NCBI GenBank assembly: GCA_024959975.1
Contig: JANXFM010000143.1
Span: 1 to 35,951, forward strand
Reading direction: 5' to 3'
Source: Flavobacteriales bacterium
GTDB lineage: Bacteria > Bacteroidota > Bacteroidia > Flavobacteriales > UBA7430
DNA: 35,951 nucleotides
Both the position numbers and the translations under genes were made by a program. This document shows, piece after piece, positions 1 through 7,548 of the stretch (its first letter is position 1; each line of letters opens with the position of its first letter). The notes beneath the pieces were generated by a model. The model did no database searches and was not told where the DNA came from. It was given only the letters and a program-made list of their open reading frames with translations.

Positions 1-868
1 ATCCTCAGCCTGGAATGTTTTTATCCCAAAGTTCTTATGCTTAGCCAATTCATGAAGTATATCTGAAGCAGGTGTAATAGGATATCCACCATAGAACAGG
101 TCCAATTTTGACTTATGCGAAGCTGCTATCAACCCTAAAGCAGTAGCCTGATTACCGATAATATTCCGATAAGAACCATCAGGCAGTTTTGCGGGCTTTA
201 TCTCAAAACGATTTGAAAAAGCCTCATAAGTATCTGCAAAGTGATAACCCGCCTTTAGCACGGTAATATTTGCATCAAGAATTTCCTGCTTTGATTCGAA
301 TTTCATTTTCAGAAAGTCGATAGACGAATCGATAGAACGATTGTACATCCAATACACAAAGCCCAAAACGAACATATTCTTACACCGATCACGATCTTTT
401 GTCCCTAAAGAAAAATCCTTAAGGCTTTCTCTTGTGAGTTTCGTTACATCGATATCATGTACTTTGTAACCTTCTAAACTATGATTGTTTAAAGGAGCCC
501 CTCTTCAATACCTGCTAAACGCAAATTACGCTTATCAAAACCAGAGATGTTAACGATAATAGTACCACGTTCTTTTAATCGGGATAAATTCTTTTTTAAC
601 GCCGCAGCATTCATCACCACAAGCACATCACAACGATCGCCGGGTGTGTATACTCAACAGATCCAAAGTGAATTTGAAAACCGGAAACACCCGCTAAAGT
701 TCCTAAAGGTGCTCGTATTTCTGCCGGAAAATCAGGGAACGTACTTAGATCATTCCCATATAATGCCGTATTATTTGTAAATTGAGTTCCCGTTAATTGA
801 ATTCCATCACCGGAATCTCCAGCAAAAAGTAGGGTTACTTTTTCAAGTTTTTTCGGAACTTGAGTCAT
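1..868 (-). pseudogene. korA: 2-oxoacid:ferredoxin/acceptor oxidoreductase alpha subunit (KorA-like), N-terminal ~290 codons. The reading frame is broken twice and the 3' part lies beyond the window start.
   Basis: Minus-strand translation starts [32 protein letters not shown]...[11 protein letters not shown]...[13 protein letters not shown] (868 to ~653). It continues in a second frame as [51 protein letters not shown] (650 to ~501). It then continues in a third frame as GAPLNNHSLEGYKVHDIDVTKL...YGGYPITPASDILHELAKHKNFGIKTFQAED (to nt 1). The listed ORF 614..868 stops 13 codons after the first shift. Confidence 0.7.
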
Positions 869-878
869 TAGATACTCT

Positions 879-1130
879 TTAATCGTCTATATTTACTACC
901 CCCTTAACTTCAGGGGCATACTTTTTTATGGATTGTTCAACTCCGGCTGTTAAAGTCATTTGATTTACATTACAACTTTGACAAGCGCCATGAAGTTTTA
1001 CCTTTACCACCATATCCGGAGTCACCTCAATTAAAGAGATGTCTCCCCCATCCGACTCTAGATAAGGGCGGATATCAGCTAAGGCTTTTTCAATCTTTTG
1101 GAGTAATCCGGAATCGGTCTGTACTGACAT
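879..1130 (-). CDS. NifU-like (Nfu C-terminal domain) Fe-S cluster assembly protein
   Basis: 83 aa with the typical pattern ...[17 protein letters not shown]...[14 protein letters not shown] (CxxC). It lies 10 nt upstream of korA and 10 nt downstream of apbC on the same strand. Confidence 0.85.
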   Translation of the reverse strand: MSVQTDSGLLQKIEKALADIRPYLESDGGDISLIEVTPDMVVKVKLHGACQSCNVNQMTLTAGVEQSIKKYAPEVKGVVNIDD

Positions 1131-1140
1131 ATTTATTCAT

Positions 1141-2268
1141 TTAAGATGAGCAACCATCCATGTTTGTAATTTTAACGGACTCTGTAGGACTTAAATTTTT
1201 ATTACGTAACTCTACTTGCTCTACTACATTATTAGCTAGTTCCATAAAAGCCTTTGCCGACTCACTATCTTCCTGAAGCACTACCGGACGACCAATATCA
1301 GCCGCTTCCCGAATACCCTGTACAAGTGGGATCTCTGCCAATAAAGGCAAATTTAAATCGTCGGCAAGGTTTTTAGTACCATCTTTTCCAAAGATATAAT
1401 ATTTATTCTCAGGAAGCTCCTCCGGGGTGAAGTAAGCCATATTTTCTACAAGCCCCAAAACGGGTACTTGAATCGTATCTAATTGAAACATACCTACCCC
1501 TTTCTTAGCATCGGCCAGGGCAATGTTTTGTGGCGTACTTACAATAACAGCCGCTGTCACAGGAACCGCTTGCACCAATGATAAGTGTATATCTCCTGTT
1601 CCCGGTGGTAGATCAATTAACAAATAATCGATTTCACCCCAATAAGAATCTTTAATAAGCTGGTTTAAAGCTTTCGTAGCCATCGGCCCTCTCCAAACCA
1701 CTGCTTGTGATCCGGGAGCAAAAAAACCAATGGAAAGTAATTTAACACCATAACTTTCTACAGGCAACATAACCTGTTTCCCATTTACATTACTTGATTC
1801 AGGGCGAGATCTTTCAACATCAAACATAATATGCTGAGATGGTCCATAAATATCAGCATCTACAATACCAACTTTATAACCTTGTTTCTGAAGTGCCACA
1901 GCTAAATTTGCTGTCACTGTAGATTTTCCTACGCCTCCTTTTCCGGAAGCAACAGCTATAATGTTTTCTACGCCTTCGATCTTCTCACCTCTAATCAAAT
2001 TAGGATTTTCTTCCTGCTTTGCCTCTACGGTAATACGAGCATTAATTTTAGCTTTAGCATATACTTGTTTGTGGATCGCTTTTAATATATCAACTTCCAC
2101 TTGCTTCTTTGCGTGAAGTGTAGGATTATGGATGGTCACATCAACATTTACTTCATCTCCAAACACAACAATGTTTGTTACCAAGCCACTCTCTATCAAC
2201 GATTTCTCATCACCTTTGACCTTTACACTCTTCAGTGCCTCTTCTATTTGTTTCTTCTGTATATTCAT
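1141..2268 (-). CDS. apbC: Mrp/ApbC/NBP35-family Fe-S cluster carrier ATPase
   Basis: 375 aa with an N-terminal DUF59/MIP18-like domain, the deviant Walker A motif ASGKGGVGKSTV, and the DLPPGTGD motif. Confidence 0.88.
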   Translation of the reverse strand: MNIQKKQIEEALKSVKVKGDEKSLIESGLVTNIVVFGDEVNVDVTIHNPTLHAKKQVEVDILKAIHKQVYAKAKINARITVEAKQEENPNLIRGEKIEGVENIIAVASGKGGVGKSTVTANLAVALQKQGYKVGIVDADIYGPSQHIMFDVERSRPESSNVNGKQVMLPVESYGVKLLSIGFFAPGSQAVVWRGPMATKALNQLIKDSYWGEIDYLLIDLPPGTGDIHLSLVQAVPVTAAVIVSTPQNIALADAKKGVGMFQLDTIQVPVLGLVENMAYFTPEELPENKYYIFGKDGTKNLADDLNLPLLAEIPLVQGIREAADIGRPVVLQEDSESAKAFMELANNVVEQVELRNKNLSPTESVKITNMDGCSS

Positions 2269-2307
2269 GCTGTAATTTTGCTCTGCAAAGGTACAAAAAT
2301 CAAGGTT

Positions 2308-2640
2308 TTAAACATCAAATGGCTCCCAAAACACATTCTTAAAATTTAACATTCGATCCCCATCAAATCTATGTCCTTCATTTTCTAATAATTGTTTCAT
2401 CAAATGAATCCCGTCAAAATGATGTTTTCCGGTTAACAAGCCTACTCTGTTAACCACTCTATGCGCAGGAATATCTCTATCATGACTGCTATTCATTGCC
2501 CAGCCAACCATCCTTGCCGATCTTACAGCTCCAAGATATTTGGCTATGGCACCGTAAGTCGTCACCCTCCCATAAGGAATCCGGAGAACCACTTCGTAGC
2601 AACGTTCAAAAAAAGAGATTTGTTCAGGCTTTTTAGGCAT
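2308..2640 (-). CDS. MGMT-fold alkyltransferase-like (ATL) DNA-binding protein, with the active-site Cys replaced by Ala
   Basis: 110 aa with ...IPYGRVTTYGAIA...ARMVGWAM... and IPAHRVVN where true O6-alkylguanine transferases have PCHRV. Confidence 0.8.
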   Translation of the reverse strand: MPKKPEQISFFERCYEVVLRIPYGRVTTYGAIAKYLGAVRSARMVGWAMNSSHDRDIPAHRVVNRVGLLTGKHHFDGIHLMKQLLENEGHRFDGDRMLNFKNVFWEPFDV

Positions 2641-3310
2641 TTCTATTTAACTGAAACTTTATATAGGTAATGACCATTCCCTTATCACGAAAAATACCTT
2701 CGTAATTGGTCCTAATCTTCAACAATTCATCATCCGGCTTTTGCCGATCAATATCATAACTGGAGTCTAAAATTTTATGCCCATAACCTTCTATGATTCC
2801 CAAAGTATAACCGTGAAGAAATTGAGAGTCGGTCTTCAAATGTAAGATCGCATCGTCTGCTAAGACTTTTCGATATATTTCCAACATATCAGGTGCTGTC
2901 AATCGCTTTTTACGACGTCGGTATTTAATTTGCGGGTCTGGAAAAGTAATCCATATTTCACTTACCTCACCTTTGGAGAAACAATGGTCTATGAGCTCTA
3001 TTTGAGTCCTTAAAAAACCAGCATTTGGCATTTTATTATCAGTTGCGGTGCGCGCACCTCGCCACATCCTAGCCCCTTTAATGTCTACCCCAATAAAATT
3101 TTTACCCGGAAACTTCTCTGCCAACCCAACCGTATACTCACCTTTTCCACAACCCAACTCAAGGACGATAGGATGTTCATTTTTAAAAAACTCTTTGTGC
3201 CATTTTCCTTTTAAATGCAATCCTTTGTCTAATAGATCGGGCCTTGGCTCCTGCACCATATTTTTGAAGGTCTCGGTCTCGGCGAACTTCCTTAGTTTAT
3301 TCTTTCCCAC
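2633..3310 (-). CDS. trmB: tRNA (guanine46-N7)-methyltransferase
   Basis: SAM-binding motif VLELGCGKGEYT and overall TrmB pattern. The ORF track opens at TTG 3346. I prefer GTG at 3310 (product (M)GKNKLRKFAE...) because a TATTTTTG -7 box sits at 3337-3330, inside the longer ORF and 19 nt upstream of the GTG. Overlaps the ATL gene by 8 nt. Confidence 0.85.
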   Translation of the reverse strand: MGKNKLRKFAETETFKNMVQEPRPDLLDKGLHLKGKWHKEFFKNEHPIVLELGCGKGEYTVGLAEKFPGKNFIGVDIKGARMWRGARTATDNKMPNAGFLRTQIELIDHCFSKGEVSEIWITFPDPQIKYRRRKKRLTAPDMLEIYRKVLADDAILHLKTDSQFLHGYTLGIIEGYGHKILDSSYDIDRQKPDDELLKIRTNYEGIFRDKGMVITYIKFQLNRNA

Positions 3311-3329
3311 TTCGTTCTTTTTTGCAGGA

Positions 3330-3337
3330 CAAAAATA
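3330..3337 (-). promoter_or_regulatory. Bacteroidota-type -7 promoter box (TAnnTTTG) for trmB
   Basis: Minus-strand TATTTTTG, 19 nt upstream of GTG 3310. Confidence 0.4.
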
Positions 3338-3362
3338 CAAATTCAATAAGGAAACCTTTTTC

Positions 3363-3370
3363 TATCTTTG
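3363..3370 (+). promoter_or_regulatory. Bacteroidota-type -7 promoter box for the SRPBCC-like gene
   Basis: TATCTTTG, 19 nt upstream of ATG 3390. Divergent from the trmB box. Confidence 0.4.
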
Positions 3371-3389
3371 AATAAACAATTTTATAAAG

Positions 3390-3902
3390 ATGCGATTCGT
3401 AAAATTTACACTATTAGGACTTGTTGGAATTACTCTGGCCTTTCTAAGTTTAGGCTTCTTCCATACCAATTTTCAATATGAGAATCAGATTGAAATTAAC
3501 GCCTCTGTAGAAGACTCATACGCTACGTTCATAAATGACTCTCTGAAATCAGAATGGTTGCTTGGCTACGTTGGAAATGAAACATTAAGTGGTGTTAAAC
3601 TTCGTCCCGGACATCGGCGTTTATTGAAGTTTGAACAAGATGGACAAAGCTTTGAAATGATCGAGGAATTAAAAGGAATCAAAGAAAATGAAAAGTTCAT
3701 TTTTGATATGGAAACTGATCTGCTTAAAGGTACCATAGAGATTTACTTTGAGGGGGATAATGAAAAAACGACCATGAAAGTCTATTCAACGATGACCGGT
3801 TCAAATATTTTCTATCGCTCCATGTTTTATTTATTAAAAAGTAGTTTGCAAAAACAATCTCAGGTGAATTACGAATCATTTAAATTGAAGGTTGAAAGTT
3901 AA
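3390..3902 (+). CDS. Membrane-anchored SRPBCC (START/Bet v1-like) family protein, function unknown
   Basis: 170 aa with an N-terminal hydrophobic anchor (FTLLGLVGITLAFLSLGFF), followed by a small alpha/beta-looking domain. The family call is from general pattern only. Confidence 0.55.
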   Translation: MRFVKFTLLGLVGITLAFLSLGFFHTNFQYENQIEINASVEDSYATFINDSLKSEWLLGYVGNETLSGVKLRPGHRRLLKFEQDGQSFEMIEELKGIKENEKFIFDMETDLLKGTIEIYFEGDNEKTTMKVYSTMTGSNIFYRSMFYLLKSSLQKQSQVNYESFKLKVES

Positions 3903-3963
3903 ATCCCGATCGATAGCATCGAGATAAAAATTGAAGATCAATTTTCAGTAAAAAAATAAAACA

Positions 3964-5019
3964 TCAATATGCTTTTTTTAGGGTAAATGAAAAAGTACAG
4001 CCCTCACCTTCAGTACTTCGTACGTTGATAACCTGATTGTGTGCTTCGATGATGTGCTTCACAATCGACAAACCTAAACCGGAGCCGCCTTTTTCTCTGT
4101 CGCGAGATTTATCAACACGATAAAAACGTTCAAATATTTTATTCAAATGTTTCTGAGGAATCCCATTTCCATTATCAGCTACTTCCACCAAAACATTTCG
4201 GTCCATATCGTACGTACGAACCAAAACCTCGCCACCTTCTCTACCGTATTTAATCGCATTAACAATTAAATTAACCAATACCTGTTTTATCTTCTCCACA
4301 TCAACCTGCACCATAAAACGTCCTTTTTGCGTTTGCATTACAAGCACATTCACATTTCTTTTCTTGGCCTTCATCTCTAACTGATCGACTACATCAAGAA
4401 TAACTTCTGTAATATCTACCGGCTCTTCTTCAATCTCTATCTTACCACCTTCAAGCTTTGTTATTTCGTCTAAATCCTCAACAATATGGATCATACGATT
4501 CACACTCTTATTAGCTCGCTGTAAAAATTTTTTGTTGATTTGAGCATCATCAATCGCTCCATCTAATAGCGTATCAATATACCCTTGAATATTAAAAATA
4601 GGCGTTTTAAGTTCATGTGCTACATTACCTACAAACTGACGACGATAACTTTCGCGAATCATCAGTTTTTCTATTTCTTTTTCACGATTAATATTCCAAG
4701 TATTCACGTCTTTATTTACCTGTCGCAAATCCACATCTTTCAAGTCACCCGGTTTAGATTTAAAATCATGTATATTCTTATAAATAAGTTTAATTCTATT
4801 GTAAATAAATTTATCTACTAACCAACGGACTAATATAAAACTGGAAAGCCCTACCGAGGATACTAACAAAGTGGACTCTGAAAAGTTAAGTGAAAAATCA
4901 AAAATAAGAAGATGTATTGCCAAAATAAGCATCAACAATAAAGAAGACACTAAAGAAACCAACCAGGACTGATCCATTTTAGATTTCAATCTGTAAAAAA
5001 GCCAAGTACGCTTATTCAT
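3964..5019 (-). CDS. Sensor histidine kinase, PhoR/WalK-like, with two N-terminal TM segments and no large sensing domain
   Basis: H-box FVGNVAHELKTPIFNIQGYIDTLLDGAIDD (close to the B. subtilis PhoR/WalK block), N-box LVNLIVNAIKY, and G-boxes DNGNGI / GGSGLGLSIVK. The start overlaps the response-regulator stop by 8 nt. Confidence 0.9.
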   Translation of the reverse strand: MNKRTWLFYRLKSKMDQSWLVSLVSSLLLMLILAIHLLIFDFSLNFSESTLLVSSVGLSSFILVRWLVDKFIYNRIKLIYKNIHDFKSKPGDLKDVDLRQVNKDVNTWNINREKEIEKLMIRESYRRQFVGNVAHELKTPIFNIQGYIDTLLDGAIDDAQINKKFLQRANKSVNRMIHIVEDLDEITKLEGGKIEIEEEPVDITEVILDVVDQLEMKAKKRNVNVLVMQTQKGRFMVQVDVEKIKQVLVNLIVNAIKYGREGGEVLVRTYDMDRNVLVEVADNGNGIPQKHLNKIFERFYRVDKSRDREKGGSGLGLSIVKHIIEAHNQVINVRSTEGEGCTFSFTLKKAY

Positions 5020-5707
5020 TCACTTTAAATTTATAGCCTACTCCCTTAACGGTTTCGATATAGTTACGACCTAACTTCTCTCTCAACTTTCGCACGTGCA
5101 CATCAATGGTTCTACCTCCTACTACAACATCATCCCCCCAAATTTTTTCAAATATTTCTTCTCTTTTAAATACTTTTCCGGGTTTTGAAGCCAGCAAATA
5201 AAGTATTTCAAATTCTTTACGAGGTAAAGACATAGGCTCTTCGTCTACAGTTACCTGATAGCATTCTCTATCGATTTTTAAACCCCCTATTTCAATAAGA
5301 TCTTTAGGAGCTTCTAACTGAGTAGCAGAACCTTTTCTCCTAAGCAAAGCCTTTACCCTGCTAACAAGTACTTTTGGCTTAATAGGCTTATTGATATAAC
5401 CGTCAGCACCGGCTTCCAATCCCGCCACCTGAGAGTAGTCTTCGGCACGAGCCGTTAAAAAAGTAATTAGAATATTATCATACTTCGAATTAGAACGAAT
5501 GTTCTCACAAGTTTCAATTCCATCCATTCCGGGCATCATTACATCAAGGACAATTAAATTAGGCTTAAACTCCTCTAATAGATCCAATGCAGTTTGACCA
5601 TCGTTACAAGTTGCCACAACAAAACCCTCTTTCTTAAGATTGTAACTTAAAAACTCTAAGATGTCTTTCTCATCGTCAACAAGTAAAATGCGATTATTGC
5701 TTTGCAT
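5012..5707 (-). CDS. OmpR/PhoB-family response regulator (receiver + winged-helix)
   Basis: Receiver motifs LLVDDE, LDVMMPGMDG and NKPIKP. The C-terminal winged helix has LPRKEFEILYLL...RTIDVHVRKLREKL...TVKGVGYKF. Confidence 0.92.
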   Translation of the reverse strand: MQSNNRILLVDDEKDILEFLSYNLKKEGFVVATCNDGQTALDLLEEFKPNLIVLDVMMPGMDGIETCENIRSNSKYDNILITFLTARAEDYSQVAGLEAGADGYINKPIKPKVLVSRVKALLRRKGSATQLEAPKDLIEIGGLKIDRECYQVTVDEEPMSLPRKEFEILYLLASKPGKVFKREEIFEKIWGDDVVVGGRTIDVHVRKLREKLGRNYIETVKGVGYKFKVNE

Positions 5708-5761
5708 ATTTTTAGGATGATTTGTGTAAATATAAAGATTATTGTCAGAATTTATTAGTGC

Positions 5762-5786
5762 AAAAAAAAACTCCGCCGAAGCGGAG
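5762..5786 (-). terminator. Rho-independent terminator after the PiT-like gene
   Basis: Stem CTCCGC/GCGGAG (5771-5776 / 5781-5786) with a 4-nt loop, followed on the minus strand by a 9-nt U tract (A9 at 5762-5770). Confidence 0.8.
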
Positions 5787-5794
5787 TAAAATAT

Positions 5795-6937
5795 CTATAA
5801 TCCTAACCTGCTAAAGAATTTAGTGATTCCTGAAGCAAACTCAGATGGAATCGTTTCTAGCATTGAAGCTAATGTTAACTGATCATTTACACCAATTGCG
5901 ATCGCAATTGAGATTATTAAACCGATCATCGCATAGGAGAAATCTTTAAACATTAATCGGAATGACGTAGCTATACTGTTCTCTCCTGCATTTCTAATTG
6001 CCATGGCAACTTCACGACCACCTAATAAACCGATGAACACCCAGGTAGTACTCATTGGCACTTGAGAGTGTAATTTAAAGTAGAATAATATAATACAGTA
6101 AATAAAATCTACAATAGTCGCAAAACGAACATCGGTGATTACCGACTTCTCCGTAACGATCTTTTGAATTCTACCACCTTTGTAGTAAAGCAACAAACCT
6201 AATCCTGCGAATATGACAAGTGCGAATCCCATAAATTCACTAAAAGCCATATCTCGTGGAAGGTAAACAGCAATGTTTGCAGCATCCTGCATTAACCATA
6301 CAGACCACAAAGTCCCCGATGTAATCCATTGGGCTATCGTCCATCCAAATTTAGCTTCACCCACAAAATACTTCTTAGCAAGTTTTGATATCGCCAGGAA
6401 AACAATAAAACCAAGGAAGAATGCTAAAATGTAACCGCTCATACTCTTTGCCAATACTTTACCAATAGCAGCAGGAGCGGCAGCAAAAGAGGTTAATAGA
6501 ATGAATGTCGTAGATACAGGCATTCTAAGACGCGTAAGTATTAATAAAAATACCGGTGCTGCAATTTGTAGAAAGTGGAATTCGGTTGGTGCAACCTCAA
6601 AACCCTTGGCCATTAAACGACCGTGAGAAACATCACCGGCATAATTATACCAACTATAACCTACCGTAAATAAAAAAATACCTCCGATAAAGATCCAAAG
6701 TACCCACCACTTCTTATCTTGATTCGAAGCAATGAACGTCCCTAATGTTTGTATACTATCGTTGGCAACAGCAGCATAAGCAGCAAATAAAAACCCTACC
6801 CACATAGCAATTTGAGGATAAGGTGTTGCAAACATAGCCACCATAAAGGCTACAATAACAAAAGAAAGGAATGATTTCTCGTCTTTTTGGATCCAAAGAG
6901 ACACGGGAAAACTAAATCGTCTGATTAGTTTTTTCAT
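5795..6937 (-). CDS. Polytopic membrane protein, divergent PiT/PHO4-like (putative phosphate or anion) transporter
   Basis: 380 aa, about 10 hydrophobic segments, with an internal two-fold repeat: AVANDSIQ...RMPVSTTF and LMQDAANI...VPMSTTW. Confidence 0.6.
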   Translation of the reverse strand: MKKLIRRFSFPVSLWIQKDEKSFLSFVIVAFMVAMFATPYPQIAMWVGFLFAAYAAVANDSIQTLGTFIASNQDKKWWVLWIFIGGIFLFTVGYSWYNYAGDVSHGRLMAKGFEVAPTEFHFLQIAAPVFLLILTRLRMPVSTTFILLTSFAAAPAAIGKVLAKSMSGYILAFFLGFIVFLAISKLAKKYFVGEAKFGWTIAQWITSGTLWSVWLMQDAANIAVYLPRDMAFSEFMGFALVIFAGLGLLLYYKGGRIQKIVTEKSVITDVRFATIVDFIYCIILFYFKLHSQVPMSTTWVFIGLLGGREVAMAIRNAGENSIATSFRLMFKDFSYAMIGLIISIAIAIGVNDQLTLASMLETIPSEFASGITKFFSRLGL

Positions 6938-6971
6938 ATTAAAAAGAGTGATTTAAGCTTGAAACAACTAG

Positions 6972-7064
6972 CTAGGCAAGTACAGCAATCGTGTAAACTA
7001 CTACTAAAATAGCTGCGTATAAAAACTTACTGATCTCAATTCTTTTTACAGTCGTAGTGTTCAT
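6972..7064 (-). CDS. Candidate 30-aa small membrane protein leading the PiT-like transcript
   Basis: ATG 7064...TAG 6972 encodes MNTTTVKRIEISKFLYAAILVVVYTIAVLA, a polar head followed by one TM-length hydrophobic tail. It begins 26 nt downstream of the putative -7 element and ends 34 nt before the transporter ATG. No homology evidence. Confidence 0.3.
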   Translation of the reverse strand: MNTTTVKRIEISKFLYAAILVVVYTIAVLA

Positions 7065-7090
7065 TTTCTTTGTTTTTAAATTCTACACTA

Positions 7091-7157
7091 CAAATAACAA
7101 GCATAATCCAAACAAAGCAGTTAAACTAAAATAAACCTAATGTTAAGTTTAAGTTAA
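7091..7157 (-). promoter_or_regulatory. Putative response-regulator (Pho-box-like) site plus promoter of the sORF/PiT-like operon
   Basis: Minus strand reads TTAACT(7157-7152)-N5-TTAACA(7146-7141)-N5-TTTATT(7135-7130)-N5-TTAACT(7124-7119), then a 20-nt spacer containing TTTGTTTG, then GTTATTTG (7098-7091). The geometry is the same as at the porin promoter. Confidence 0.4.
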
Positions 7158-7548
7158 GCAACCCTTTATAAGATAAAAAACTTCTGGCTTACCACCTACA
7201 AAACACTACTAAAATCAATACTAACAAACACATTACGCAACGAGTCCACACAAACTTCATGCTTAATCAAAAGGTCTAATACACGTTCTTCAAAATATAC
7301 CTTGTAAAAACATGCAACACAATAACTTGCTCATTTAATTGTTTAAATTATTACATTTGTTTCTTGGTTTAATTATAATATTTATTGAAATATAATTTCA
7401 TGAAAAATCATGGTGAAGATAATTCATATTTACATACAATATTAGGGGCTTTACAACTGATTAACATACTAGAATATAAAAAAGGGAAATCAAAATAATA
7501 AAGTTCTCTGCACAATTATTTAAAAAAATTCTATCAAATTTAAATTTT

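Noticed and set aside
7189-7498. Additional small ORFs in the 611-nt spacer: a 23-aa hydrophobic ORF on the minus strand (7189-7260, MKFVWTRCVMCLLVLILVVFCRW) and a 32-aa ORF on the plus strand (7400-7498).
   Set aside because: The 23-aa ORF lies upstream of the putative regulator array and promoter, so it would not be on the predicted transcript. Neither has a -7 box or any motif. Chance ORFs of this size are expected in AT-rich spacers.
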